Shown: positions 1-10,112, counted from the stretch's first letter. The stretch: DNA of 64,000 nucleotides from Verrucomicrobiota bacterium (GCA_039815375.1 JBCBZJ010000017.1:9425-73424), one strand, 5' to 3'. A program made the numbers and translations. The notes: generated by a model from the letters alone, not told the origin.

Positions 1-1
1 C

Positions 2-3000
2 GGTAAGCTTCGTGTGCCGTTTAGCCATGATGCACCTGCTGATATAAATGTTTTGCTCTTTGCCGATGCAAACGGTGAAAAGAACATTCGATCCGATAAG
101 CTCACCTTCCGTCTCGATGGAGCTGCAGACTGCAGCGCCGAAGTTCGAATCGAACGAGAAGTTGAGTGGGGTGAAGTCGAGCCAGTCAATACACCGATCA
201 AAATTTCGGAAGATTCCAGACTGTCACACGATGCGGACTGGTTGGACAAAGTAGGTTCTTCATTCGAATGGGTCGAACCAGCCTTGGATTACGTGCCTAC
301 GATTCCTGTCTTGAGTATGGGTATAAAGTACCCGACTGGTCATCGTATTGAGCTCTATAATGATGGTGAACTGGTTAGCGGTCTGTTCCTTGAAGGCTCA
401 ATTACGGGAACAAAACGAGAGACGACGCTAAGGCGCTGGACTGGTCTGAACATCGAGCTCGGCTCGAATCCGTTTACAGCGGTTATTATTGATTCGGACG
501 GCAACGAAGTCGAGCGCATCGAGCGGAACTTCCACTACTCCGGCCCGGCAGTGAGGGCCGAGTATGTTAAGGAGTCTTCTATTCTGGTAGCCGACGGTCG
601 AACGAATCCGGCCATTGCTCTGCGTCTGACCGATGCTGAGGGTAAACCTGTCCGGCCGGGTATGCGTGGAAGCTTCCGCGTCGATCCACCTTATGAGGCG
701 CTATCTTTTGAAGAGCAGCGCATCGACCGTTTCTTACGAGTTGGAGAGCGGGAGCGCCAGGTTGAATATGAGGTCGGCGAGAATGGTGTCGCGCTTCTAT
801 ACCTCGAGCCGACTGCGCAGTCCGGTGAAGTTACAGTTCGACTCGACCTGAATCAACGTGAGTTTGATTTCCAAGCTTGGCTCGAAGCAGCACCGCGTGA
901 CTGGATTCTGGTCGGCCTCGCAACAGGCACGGTCGGATACAATGATATCTCGTCGAGGATCGACGACTTTGAGGACGGTGAAATCGAAGAAAATTATTAT
1001 GAGGACGGCCGTGTGGCCTTCTTCGCCAAAGGTCGCGTCAAGGGCAAGTGGTTACTGACTGCTGCTTACGATAGCGATAAGAAGAGCGAGCAGCGTGGAC
1101 AGGAAAGCCTGCATCAGATCATCGATCCTGACACTTATTATACGCTCTATGGCGATGAGACCGACCAAGGCTATGAAGCATCGAGTGCAGAAAAGCTCTA
1201 CGTCAAACTCGAGCGCGAGAAATTCTATGCCATGTTCGGTGATTTTGATACTGGTCTGACAGTTACCGAACTCTCCCGATATAGTCGTAGCCTAACCGGA
1301 TTCAAGACTGAGTATCATGGAGATAATTTCACCTTCAACGGCTTTGTCAGTGAGACCGATTTCACCTATGTCCGTGACGAAATTCAGGGTGACGGCACAT
1401 CCGGTCTATACCGACTTTCCAGAAACAGTATTGTGATCAATTCTGAAAAAATCCGCATACAGACCCGAGATCGATTCCAGAGCGAAGTCATAATTGAAGA
1501 ACGGGAGCTGAGCCGCCATCTCGACTACAACATCAACTACGATGATAGCACGATCTACTTCAAGAGCCCGATCTTCAGTCGTGACGAGAATCTGAATCCG
1601 ATCTTCATTATTGCAGAGTATGAGGTCGAGGGTGATGGAGAATCCTATAACTATGGCGGCCGTGCCTCGGTTAAGACAGAGGATGATCGCGTGGAACTCG
1701 GTGTGACTTATGTGCACGAGGAGGATTCCGAAACAGAAGGTGATCTTGTCGGTGCAGATCTGCATGTAAAAATCAACGAGCAGCACGAGTTCCGTGCCGA
1801 GATCGCAAGAACTGAGGTCGACGCAGTCAGTTCAGATGCTTTCGATGCTGAAGGTAACGCTTACCTGGTCGAGCTGACACACCGTTCGGTAGTGGCAGAG
1901 GGTTCCATATACTATCGCCAACAGGATTCCGAATTCGGACTGGGTCAGCAAAACGTTAGCGAAACTGGAACGCGCAAGTATGGTTTCCGCGGCAGCTACT
2001 TAATTGATCGTGAGATCAATGCGGTGGCAGAGGTTTATCATGAGGAGCTACTCGGCACCGGCGATACGCGAAATCACTTTGGTGCCTATCTCGAACGTCG
2101 ATTCGACGATACTGCCTACCGTCTCGGTTACATCTGGACCGAGGACGATATCGATGGCGATGATTCCTATGCTTCAAGCCAGTTGCATGCCGGTGTATCA
2201 CGTAACCTTTTCTCGGACAAATTCATCTTCCGTTTGGATCACTACCAGTCACTTGGAGACGATGGTGAGAGCAGTGATTATCCGACACGCTCGATTCTTG
2301 GTGTGGATTATTTCCTCAATGAGAAAGTCCGCTTCTTCACCGAATACCAACTCGCCTTTGGTGAAGAAACCGACAGTGAAAATGCCCGGGCTGGCATGGC
2401 CTTGCTTCCATGGACGGGGGCAAACATCGACACTTCGGTTCAACAGGAGATCAGCGAGGACGGTGGCCGCACTTATGCGAACTTCGGCCTTGGCCAGATA
2501 CTGCAGCTCAATGACAACTGGAGTATCGATGGCGGTTTCGATAGTGGTCGAACCTTCAACGAATCAAGTTCGGGTGTTAGCGGCGAACCGCTTAACTTTA
2601 ATCCGAATACTCCATCCGCCTCAGGTTCGAGCGAGGACTTCACTGCACTCTCACTTGGGGCGACCTACCGAGAGAAGACATGGAGTTGGAGTGGCCGTGC
2701 CGAACAGCGCTACGCGGAAATCGATGATCGCTGGAGCCTCTACACCGGTATCATTGGAGAGATTAGCGATGGTCTGCACATGGCTTTGCAAGGCTCGCTT
2801 TTTGAGACGCAGGCTGAAAACGGCAATGATTCTACGAACGCCGACGTTCGTTATTCCATTGCCTATCGTCCACTCGATTCAGAGTGGATATGGTTAAACA
2901 AACTCGAGTTGCTCTACGATTCGATAGGTGGTAATAATGCTTTTGAGAACTTCAGGATCGTTAACCGTGGTGATGTCAACTATCTGCCGCATGAAGATCT

Positions 3001-3370
3001 ACAGATTGCCTTCCAATATGGCCACAAGTACGTCTTCACCACTATTGAAGGTGATGAGTTTGACGGCTTCAGCGACTTTTACGGAATCGAAGCTCGTTAT
3101 GATATCCATGAGCGCGTCGACCTTGGTATTCGCGGCAGCGTGCGTCACAGCTGGAATAGCCATGTATTTGATTTCTCATTCGGTCCTTCGATTGGTGTGA
3201 ATCCGGTTGATAATATGTGGATCAGTCTCGGCTACAATGTAACCGGTTTCACCGATGAAGATTTCTCCCGAAGCGACTACACAGCACAAGGTCCTTACAT
3301 TCAGTTCCGTGTTAAATTCGACCAAGAGACCTTCAAGGATGTCGCCAGCCTGCTTAAACACGACATGTAA
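2..3370 (+). CDS. Large outer-membrane beta-barrel protein of DUF11/OmpA-type surface-appendage loci (5' partial; frame is open from the window edge)
   Basis: No in-frame stop between 2 and 14. Ig-like N-terminal segments, then motifs GRVAFFAKGRVKGKWLLTAAYDSDK and YYTLYGD, many amphipathic strands and a C-terminal GPYIQFRVKFDQ strand. Confidence 0.7.
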   Translation, partial: GKLRVPFSHDAPADINVLLFADANGEKNIRSDKLTFRLDGAADCSAEVRIEREVEWGEVEPVNTPIKISEDSRLSHDADWLDKVGSSFEWVEPALDYVPTIPVLSMGIKYPTGHRIELYNDGELVSGLFLEGSITGTKRETTLRRWTGLNIELGSNPFTAVIIDSDGNEVERIERNFHYSGPAVRAEYVKESSILVADGRTNPAIALRLTDAEGKPVRPGMRGSFRVDPPYEALSFEEQRIDRFLRVGERERQVEYEVGENGVALLYLEPTAQSGEVTVRLDLNQREFDFQAWLEAAPRDWILVGLATGTVGYNDISSRIDDFEDGEIEENYYEDGRVAFFAKGRVKGKWLLTAAYDSDKKSEQRGQESLHQIIDPDTYYTLYGDETDQGYEASSAEKLYVKLEREKFYAMFGDFDTGLTVTELSRYSRSLTGFKTEYHGDNFTFNGFVSETDFTYVRDEIQGDGTSGLYRLSRNSIVINSEKIRIQTRDRFQSEVIIEERELSRHLDYNINYDDSTIYFKSPIFSRDENLNPIFIIAEYEVEGDGESYNYGGRASVKTEDDRVELGVTYVHEEDSETEGDLVGADLHVKINEQHEFRAEIARTEVDAVSSDAFDAEGNAYLVELTHRSVVAEGSIYYRQQDSEFGLGQQNVSETGTRKYGFRGSYLIDREINAVAEVYHEELLGTGDTRNHFGAYLERRFDDTAYRLGYIWTEDDIDGDDSYASSQLHAGVSRNLFSDKFIFRLDHYQSLGDDGESSDYPTRSILGVDYFLNEKVRFFTEYQLAFGEETDSENARAGMALLPWTGANIDTSVQQEISEDGGRTYANFGLGQILQLNDNWSIDGGFDSGRTFNESSSGVSGEPLNFNPNTPSASGSSEDFTALSLGATYREKTWSWSGRAEQRYAEIDDRWSLYTGIIGEISDGLHMALQGSLFETQAENGNDSTNADVRYSIAYRPLDSEWIWLNKLELLYDSIGGNNAFENFRIVNRGDVNYLPHEDLQIAFQYGHKYVFTTIEGDEFDGFSDFYGIEARYDIHERVDLGIRGSVRHSWNSHVFDFSFGPSIGVNPVDNMWISLGYNVTGFTDEDFSRSDYTAQGPYIQFRVKFDQETFKDVASLLKHDM

Positions 3371-3385
3371 GCGCTTTTATTTTCA

Positions 3386-4678
3386 ATGATTTACACATTA
3401 TCAAACTATTCAATTTGTCGCTTGGCTTGCGGCTTTCGGAAAGTCTTTTTGTGGCTCTCTTACAGTAAGCTTGTAATTTTATTTCTGTCTTCAAATGCCT
3501 GCTTACACGCCCTCAATATTACGAGTTCTGCGAATAGCATTTCTATCACATCCATCACTTTCGATGATAACGGATCAACGGTTGTTCAGTCTTCTCCATC
3601 TGGTGCTGACGACAACGATCCGGAGCCGGTCCTGCTGGATCTCATGAACCTCCAGGGCGGAACCGTGCTTGATGAATTCAACACCGGAGTAGTCACCGCG
3701 ATTGCCCTTAACTTTACTCCTTCTCCTGGATTTGATGCATACCTCGATAACCAAACTATCAGTAGCACAGATACTGATTTTGCAGAAGCTGTAAGGGTAA
3801 TTTATTCTGACCGAAATCTCCGCAATTACGTAAATAAGAACTCAAGTGCGAACGCCAATAATCCTAACGGCGACTACGACATACTCTATGAGTTTGCGTT
3901 GTCCAATGATGACTATATTATAGTAGCTGAACGAAGTGGAAATAGCGCAATTTCCATTCAGGCAATCGACGAAAATGCCATTGTGATTCCGGGTTCTGAA
4001 ACGCTCAACTTCGTTGGCGGCGGGAACGCGCCTTTTACTTGGGACACGGGCTATCGGTCGGATCAGGATCCGAACAGCAATCAGACACTTGAACTCGCCG
4101 TAGTCGATGTTAGACTCTTCAATACGAATGATAACATTTTTGGACTCAGGGTAATTAATAACTCCGGTGCAGATAACAAAATTCTCGTCGCTTCTGAGGA
4201 TACCTTTGCCAACAACATACCTAATCCCGGTGCCACTCTGTTTCCACTCTTTACTGTTCTGAAGTTTGCTCAGGTTGACGATGGTAACTCGGATCCGGGT
4301 GACGATTTTTACGTGCCGGGCGCAGAGATTATTTACCGTGTAGTCGTAACGAATGGAGGGCCGGGCATCCCCGATTCAGGGACCTTTGTGTTCTCCGATG
4401 ATCTTCCTGATGAGGTCGACCTTTTCGTCGGTGACTTTGCTGGAGGAGGTGGCGGCCCGATCGACTTCGACGACGGTTCCGAGCCCAGCAATTTGGGCTT
4501 TAGTCCGGGCAGCGTGATCTACCGAAATGTAGGTGGGACAGCCATTTCACCTGGAACGTCAGGATACAACGAACTGATTCGTTCTTTTGAGATTCCGTTC
4601 ACCGGTTCCTTTGAGCCTTGGGATGGGAGCGGTCCACAGCCTAATTTCGAGATCGAATATCGGGTTCGGCTTAAGTAG
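3386..4678 (+). CDS. Secreted surface protein with C-terminal DUF11-like (conserved repeat) Ig domain
   Basis: Hydrophobic N-terminus; Asn/Asp/Ser-rich beta region; C-terminal LTVxK...PGAEIIYRVVVTNGGPG...D.LP...FEIEYRVRLK pattern; 15 bp downstream of the barrel gene. Confidence 0.6.
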   Translation: MIYTLSNYSICRLACGFRKVFLWLSYSKLVILFLSSNACLHALNITSSANSISITSITFDDNGSTVVQSSPSGADDNDPEPVLLDLMNLQGGTVLDEFNTGVVTAIALNFTPSPGFDAYLDNQTISSTDTDFAEAVRVIYSDRNLRNYVNKNSSANANNPNGDYDILYEFALSNDDYIIVAERSGNSAISIQAIDENAIVIPGSETLNFVGGGNAPFTWDTGYRSDQDPNSNQTLELAVVDVRLFNTNDNIFGLRVINNSGADNKILVASEDTFANNIPNPGATLFPLFTVLKFAQVDDGNSDPGDDFYVPGAEIIYRVVVTNGGPGIPDSGTFVFSDDLPDEVDLFVGDFAGGGGGPIDFDDGSEPSNLGFSPGSVIYRNVGGTAISPGTSGYNELIRSFEIPFTGSFEPWDGSGPQPNFEIEYRVRLK

Positions 4679-4707
4679 AGTCACGAAAGAATACTTAGGC
4701 AAATACT

Positions 4708-5778
4708 CTATTTGTAAAAGCCTCCTCCAATAAGTTTATCGCCGTCATAGATAGCTAGCACCTGGCCTGAGGCGAGTGCGCGCTGAGGCTCCTTGAAGGC
4801 AACATTTGCAGTGTCAGGTCCTGTAGGTGTGTAGGTAATCATCTGTGAAGGGTCCCGATAGCGCGGCTTTGCGAGCAGTTGGCAGGTCGATCTTACAGGA
4901 TGGTTCGTAAAGCTCAGCCCATACAGTTCAACCTCTGATGTGTAGAGGTCGGGAGAGTCGGTTCGGTCAAATGCGACGATCAGCTCATTGCGCTCCATGT
5001 CGAGCCGAGTGACGACGTAGGCTTCGTTATTGGTATTGGATGGCACCCCGATCCCACGGCGTTGCCCCGTGGTGTAGCGGTGTAGGCCCCGATGTTGACC
5101 GAGAACTTTGCCCTCGCTGTTTACGATGTCCCCCGGCTTGTCCTCAATGTAGTATTCAAGGAAGCGGCTGATGTTCATGTCGCCGAGGAAGCAGATACCC
5201 TGGCTATCTTTCTTCGTGGCGTTGGGTAACTTGTGTTTTTGCGCGAGTTCACGGACCTGCGGTTTTCCGAGTTCACCGACGGGGAAACGCGCACCCGCAA
5301 TCTGTTCCTGACGCAGAAGGGCGAGAAAGTAGGTCTGGTCTTTGTTCTTATCCAAGCCTTCATAGAGGTCGAAGCTGCCGTCCTCCTTTTTGAGCGAGCG
5401 CACGTAGTGGCCGGTAGCGATGCCATCGAATCCATTGTCCAGAGCATACTTTTCGAAGATGCCGAACTTCATCTCGCGGTTACACATCATGTCGGGGTTG
5501 GGTGTGATGCCGCGCTTGTATCCATCAACCAAATATGAAACCACACGTTCGCGGTATTCGTTGACCAGATTGACGATATCATAGTCGATACCGAGATGTG
5601 TCGCGACTGCGCGTGAGTCTTCAATGTCCTGCTGAGCCGGGCAATCAGCCAGTGGCATTTCCTCGTTCATCCAGGTGCGTATGTAAGCACCTGATACATC
5701 ATAGCCCTGCTCTTTTAAAAGAAGGGCAGCCACGGAGCTGTCGACTCCGCCTGAAAGGGCGACGAGGATTTTCTGCAT
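4708..5778 (-). CDS. mnmA: tRNA-specific 2-thiouridylase
   Basis: SGGVDS PP-loop, [39 protein letters not shown]. Confidence 0.97.
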   Translation of the reverse strand: MQKILVALSGGVDSSVAALLLKEQGYDVSGAYIRTWMNEEMPLADCPAQQDIEDSRAVATHLGIDYDIVNLVNEYRERVVSYLVDGYKRGITPNPDMMCNREMKFGIFEKYALDNGFDGIATGHYVRSLKKEDGSFDLYEGLDKNKDQTYFLALLRQEQIAGARFPVGELGKPQVRELAQKHKLPNATKKDSQGICFLGDMNISRFLEYYIEDKPGDIVNSEGKVLGQHRGLHRYTTGQRRGIGVPSNTNNEAYVVTRLDMERNELIVAFDRTDSPDLYTSEVELYGLSFTNHPVRSTCQLLAKPRYRDPSQMITYTPTGPDTANVAFKEPQRALASGQVLAIYDGDKLIGGGFYK

Positions 5779-6187
5779 GGTTCAGAAGAAAGCCATCAGG
5801 CTGACACCGTCAACAGGGCAAAAATAGATGTCTTCAGCTAAGCTTCTCACCGGCGCATTGACCAAGTTGGAGTTTTCACCTTCCGCAAGGTATCGATGAA
5901 AGACTGTTCTCTTAGTCCGATTCAAAGCCTGAATGATCTCATCACTTTAGGTCGAAAGTGAAAAAGAGATATTTCCGCAAATTTCCTGCCAAGCGTTACC
6001 TGAAAAACGAATCAGTCAGAGTAATAATTGCAGATGCACGGCGGAGATATTCTGCTAATAGCGGTATTTTCTGATCTATTCGACTTGCGATTGGCAGGGG
6101 AACTTTAAGCTCTATTAGTATTGATGCATGTATGCCGTGATACGCTGAGGCATACACGTCCACCATTTCACAAACTTTAATATAGAT

Positions 6188-7660
6188 ATGACACAGACCA
6201 TTGAATCGATACCCGAATATATTGATGATATCCCCAATATCGCCGGCTCTGAAGCGTTGATCGAAAGCACGATTAAAAATGCTGCGGCCAAGTCATCTTA
6301 TGCGGGCGACAACTCCATCAACTTTGAAAACATAAAGGCCGCCTTCGCCATTGCCTTGCACCAGCATCAGCCGCTCATTCCAGGGCGCGGCGACATCACT
6401 CAGACTCCACTCATTAGCAATCTCAAGGACATGATGGATCACCCGAACGAGGGGGATAATCACAATGCCTCCGTCTTCAAGTGGTGCTACGAGCGCATGG
6501 GCGACTTCGTTCCTGAACTCATTTCTCAAGGTAAGCAGCCGCGTTGCATGCTCGAATACTCCGGCACGCTCTTTCACGGTCTCCGTGCGATGGGCTGTGG
6601 CGACGTGCTAGATAAGCTCAGGGCTATAACGGTAAACCCCGACTACCGCCATTGTATCGAGTGGTTGGGCATGCCTTGGGGGCACGCAGTCGCACCATCC
6701 ACGCCAGTGCAGGACTACCGTCTTCATGTTAAGGCGTTCCAACATCACTTTGCAGCCATCTTCGGCCTTGAAGCACTCGAACGTGTTCGCGGTTTCTCGC
6801 CGTCTGAAATGGCGCTTCCAAATCACCCGGACATCGCCTACGAATACATTAAGACTCTCGTTGACTGTGGCTACGAATGGCTGCTCGTTCAGGAGCATAC
6901 GGTAGAGCAACCGGAAAATGGCCATAGCCCGGCACGTCCTCATTTGCCGAACCGTCTTGTCGTGCGTAACTCCAAGGGCGACGAAGTCAGCATTATCGCG
7001 ATCGTTAAGACGCAGGGAAGTGATACTAAGCTCGTCGCCCAGATGCAGCCCTACTACGAGGCCAAGAGCCTCGACCGTTGGGAGCTTGCCGGCAAAATGG
7101 TGCCGCCACTCGTGACCCAGATCGCTGATGGCGAAAACGGTGGCGTGATGATGAACGAATTCCCGCCGATGTTTAATCAGGTCATGGCTGAGTGTTCTCA
7201 CACCGACGTGCCTGCTATGAATGTCTCGGAGTATCTCGACAAGCTCTTCGCCATGGGCATTCATGTGGAGGATTTCGATGTCATCCAACCCGTTCACCAG
7301 AAAAAAATATGGGATTGCGTCGAGCCCGGCTGTGGTGCCGAGCAGCTCGAGGCTGCGATTGAAGGGATCAAAAAGGAAGACCACCAGTTTCACATGGATG
7401 GTGGAAGCTGGACAGACGATATCTCCTGGGTCGACGGATACGACAATGTCCTGGGGCCCATGGAAGAAGCCAGCCATGCTTTCTATAAGAAGGTGATCGA
7501 GCCCGGTATGCCAACCGATGAGACACGCTACCGCAATGCGCTCTTTAACCTGATGAGCTCGCAGACTTCCTGCTATCGCTACTGGGGTCAAGGTGCGTGG
7601 ACCGACTTTGGCCGCGAGATCTGCCGCCGGGTGGGGGCCATCGTCGAAAACGATTACTAG
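6188..7660 (+). CDS. Glycoside hydrolase family 57 protein
   Basis: HQHQP (first conserved region), GFSPSEMA (nucleophile Glu), QIADGENGG (acid/base Asp), QTSCYRYW. Confidence 0.88.
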   Translation: MTQTIESIPEYIDDIPNIAGSEALIESTIKNAAAKSSYAGDNSINFENIKAAFAIALHQHQPLIPGRGDITQTPLISNLKDMMDHPNEGDNHNASVFKWCYERMGDFVPELISQGKQPRCMLEYSGTLFHGLRAMGCGDVLDKLRAITVNPDYRHCIEWLGMPWGHAVAPSTPVQDYRLHVKAFQHHFAAIFGLEALERVRGFSPSEMALPNHPDIAYEYIKTLVDCGYEWLLVQEHTVEQPENGHSPARPHLPNRLVVRNSKGDEVSIIAIVKTQGSDTKLVAQMQPYYEAKSLDRWELAGKMVPPLVTQIADGENGGVMMNEFPPMFNQVMAECSHTDVPAMNVSEYLDKLFAMGIHVEDFDVIQPVHQKKIWDCVEPGCGAEQLEAAIEGIKKEDHQFHMDGGSWTDDISWVDGYDNVLGPMEEASHAFYKKVIEPGMPTDETRYRNALFNLMSSQTSCYRYWGQGAWTDFGREICRRVGAIVENDY

Positions 7661-7787
7661 ATCCACGAAATTCGGAACCACCTCTGGCGGCGTTACGCAG
7701 CGGAACCGGCGCAGTCAAGCACCTCAGTGCGCTCCTTTGACAAATCCGTTCCAAGCCTTGCCAGAGTCACTTCTGAGTCTCGTGAAT
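7661..7787. repeat. 127-bp imperfect palindrome (MITE/ERIC-like element or rod-shaped RNA)
   Basis: Nested pairings: 7661-7677 with 7771-7787, CTCTGGCG/TGCCAGAG, GGAAC/GTTCC, GTCAA/TTGAC, apical GCAC-CTCA-GTGC. Abuts the GH57 TAG stop. Confidence 0.6.
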
Positions 7788-7797
7788 AAGTGATTTC

Positions 7798-7830
7798 AGT
7801 CCCTGCTCGTGAGAGTAGGGACTTTTCTTT
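7798..7830 (+). terminator. Rho-independent terminator between the two GH57 genes
   Basis: AGTCCCTGCTC-GTGA-GAGTAGGGACT followed by TTTCTTT. Confidence 0.7.
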
Positions 7831-7887
7831 GTGAACTTCGTGCGCTTCGTGGTTTAAAAATACATCTGCTTGGTTCTAATTGTGCGT

Positions 7888-9084
7888 ATGTCCGCGATTC
7901 ATCACGCTCTTGTCCTGAACCTGCACCAGCCGCCGAACAATCTCGACGATCTACTCGCGGAACAGGAATGGGAGGTCAAGGAAGTGCTCTTTGCACTCGA
8001 CCGCATGCCTCGCGCATGCTGGGACTACGAGGATATTGCCCGGGTGCATCTTTCCATGTCCGGATCGCTGCTCGAGACTTTGGGTAGCCCGGACTTTCAG
8101 GAAAAGATGTATGGTGCAGTCAAAGTGGGTGATATGCTTTGGCACCTTCAGAATGAAAAGATCTTCAATATTCTGGGAACCGGTTACTACCATCCGGTTC
8201 TCCCGCTTACTCCCGAGGCCGACTGGGATGCCCACATCAAACGTTGGCAGGGCATAGGTAAACACCTCTTCTGGCGCGAACAGTTCCAAGGATTCTGGCC
8301 GCCCGAGATGGGTTTCTGTATGGAGATGATCCCGCACCTCGTGAAGCACGGCTACCGCTACGTGTTGGTCGACGATATCTATATTGAATCACTTGAGGGC
8401 GAAATGAGCTGGCAGGAGCTGCGCTACCGTCCGCACATTGCGGAGTATGGAGGCGAAGAAATCATAGTTGTCGTGCGTGACCGTGAGCTCTCCAATGCCC
8501 AGCTCTCCGGCATGGACCCCGGTTGGTTTATTCATGAGCTGGAAGAGCGCACCAAGTGGTGCGACTTCGAGCCCCTTGTCACTACCTGCTCGGATGGTGA
8601 CAACGGCGGTTGGTTTCGTAATCACGATAAATTGGCGAACTTCTGGCATGTTTTCTACCAATCCATGCTCGAAAAAGTCCGGGCCGGGCAAACCCGCATA
8701 AAACCGACCTTCATTCACGATTACCTCGACCAATTCGGTGTGCACGGTCGCGTCAAAGTTCATACCGGCGCATGGAACACGGAGGACCACTACGGTGACG
8801 ACTTCACTCAATGGACTGGCACGCAGGAACAGAAAGATGCGCATGCGCGAGTGAGAGAGGTTAGCGCCGCCTTCCATATACTTAAGGTTAAAATCGACGA
8901 GCTGCCGGATGGTCCCGAATCCATGCAGGCTGAGCATCTAATCAATGAAGCGCATTGGCGACTTTTGCGCGCCGAGACTTCCTGCAACTTTTATTGGGCT
9001 CAGGCTTGGGTGCCTAAGGTCCACGAGGACCTTAATATGTGCGAGCATCATCTCTACCACGCTGATCGGGTGGTCACGTCATAG
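7888..9084 (+). CDS. Glycoside hydrolase family 57 protein (second, divergent paralog)
   Basis: LNLHQP, GYYHPVLPL, GFWPPEMG, CSDGDNGGW, AETSCNFYW. ATG at 7888 preferred over TTG at 7870. Confidence 0.88.
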   Translation: MSAIHHALVLNLHQPPNNLDDLLAEQEWEVKEVLFALDRMPRACWDYEDIARVHLSMSGSLLETLGSPDFQEKMYGAVKVGDMLWHLQNEKIFNILGTGYYHPVLPLTPEADWDAHIKRWQGIGKHLFWREQFQGFWPPEMGFCMEMIPHLVKHGYRYVLVDDIYIESLEGEMSWQELRYRPHIAEYGGEEIIVVVRDRELSNAQLSGMDPGWFIHELEERTKWCDFEPLVTTCSDGDNGGWFRNHDKLANFWHVFYQSMLEKVRAGQTRIKPTFIHDYLDQFGVHGRVKVHTGAWNTEDHYGDDFTQWTGTQEQKDAHARVREVSAAFHILKVKIDELPDGPESMQAEHLINEAHWRLLRAETSCNFYWAQAWVPKVHEDLNMCEHHLYHADRVVTS

Positions 9085-9340
9085 CTTCTTTCCTGATTCT
9101 GGCTTTCAGTGCATCTTAATGGTAGGCAGCTGTTCTACTCATGGGATGAAAATTCGTTCAGTGTTTGTTTGGCAGCTATATCTTGGATTGTGCTTGTTTT
9201 GAGGCACCCTTCATCTGGAGGCGTGAAATCAATCCCAGCGCCTGAATCAGAAAAATGACACAATATGGAATCTGGCTCTCGATCTATGCTGAAACCAGCC
9301 CGGCGCCACCATCGTTCAGTAGCTTCAGTCAATCGAATTT

Positions 9341-9378
9341 TACAGCAGCCTCCGAGTGGATTTCGGAGACTGCTCTAC
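9341..9378. repeat. Short TA-flanked palindrome (REP-like)
   Basis: TACAGCAGCCTCCGA-GTGGATT-TCGGAGACTGCTCTA. Confidence 0.4.
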
Positions 9379-9400
9379 AAAGTGGGCTAAATCTGCTATC

Positions 9401-9430
9401 TTGACAGCATTATGCTTGGAATCATTATGT
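9401..9430 (+). promoter_or_regulatory. sigma70-type promoter of vapBC with overlapping palindromic operator
   Basis: TTGACA (9401-9406), 16 nt spacer, CATTAT (9423-9428). AGCAT-T-ATGCT palindrome at 9406-9416; CATTATG repeated at 9408 and 9423. Confidence 0.6.
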
Positions 9431-9435
9431 CCATC

Positions 9436-9687
9436 ATGCGCACAACAGTTACAATCGATGCGGATACAGAGCATCTCTTGAAAGAGGAGGCCGAGCGCAC
9501 AGGCCATTCGTTCAAAGTCGTCTTGAATGAGGCGATTCGTGCGGCACTTGCCAAACCCCAGAGAGAGCGTATCCGCGTGGAACCTCTATTCGATACGCCT
9601 TTTCCTGCTGAGTTTACTGGTATTAGCATGAATCACCTCGCTGATATACTCGATGACGAAGAGACGTTACGTGAGTTGTCGCGATGA
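9436..9687 (+). CDS. vapB: VapB-type antitoxin (ribbon-helix-helix)
   Basis: MRTTVTIDAD...SFKVVLNEAIRAAL RHH pattern; ATGA overlap with the PIN gene. Confidence 0.85.
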   Translation: MRTTVTIDADTEHLLKEEAERTGHSFKVVLNEAIRAALAKPQRERIRVEPLFDTPFPAEFTGISMNHLADILDDEETLRELSR

Positions 9688-10112
9688 TTCTTCCGGATAT
9701 CAATTTGCTCCTCTATGCCTATAATAAACAGGCACCTCAGTATGAGCGCGCCAGTATGTGGTGGGAAGAAGTCCTGAATGGCCGCGAATTGGTAGGCATG
9801 CCTCATGAGGTTTCGCTCGGATTCTTGCGTATCGCAACGAATCCACGAATGGGTCAGCTTGCTATCCCGTTTGAAGCGGCGCGTCAGGTCGTTACCACAT
9901 GGCTTGCGGCTCCTAATGTCAGGGTGCTGCTTCCCCGAACAGACCACGCAGTGAAAGTGCTCGAGCTCATGCAGCGTGCTGCTGGCAGCGGACAACTCGC
10001 TTCAGATGCTTCTCTGGCGGTCTATGCGATCGAGAATCGAGCGACGCTTTGCTCGAACGATTCAGATTTTGTGCGCTTCGCGGGGCTGGATTGGAAGAAT
10101 CCGCTGCTTTAG
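9684..10112 (+). CDS. vapC: VapC PIN-domain ribonuclease toxin
   Basis: MILPDINLLLYA, FLRIATNPR, SDASLAVYAIE, SNDSDFVRF. Confidence 0.92.
   Translation: MILPDINLLLYAYNKQAPQYERASMWWEEVLNGRELVGMPHEVSLGFLRIATNPRMGQLAIPFEAARQVVTTWLAAPNVRVLLPRTDHAVKVLELMQRAAGSGQLASDASLAVYAIENRATLCSNDSDFVRFAGLDWKNPLL

Noticed and set aside
2004..2897. 297 aa alternate-frame ORF
   Set aside because: Wholly inside the barrel gene; composition typical of an off-frame read.
6608..7681. 357 aa minus-strand ORF
   Set aside because: Antisense shadow of the GH57 gene; no recognisable motifs.
7661..7787. 6S RNA, SRP RNA or riboswitch call
   Set aside because: Shorter than typical 6S, no SRP domain IV motif, and no recognisable aptamer consensus; kept as a palindromic element.
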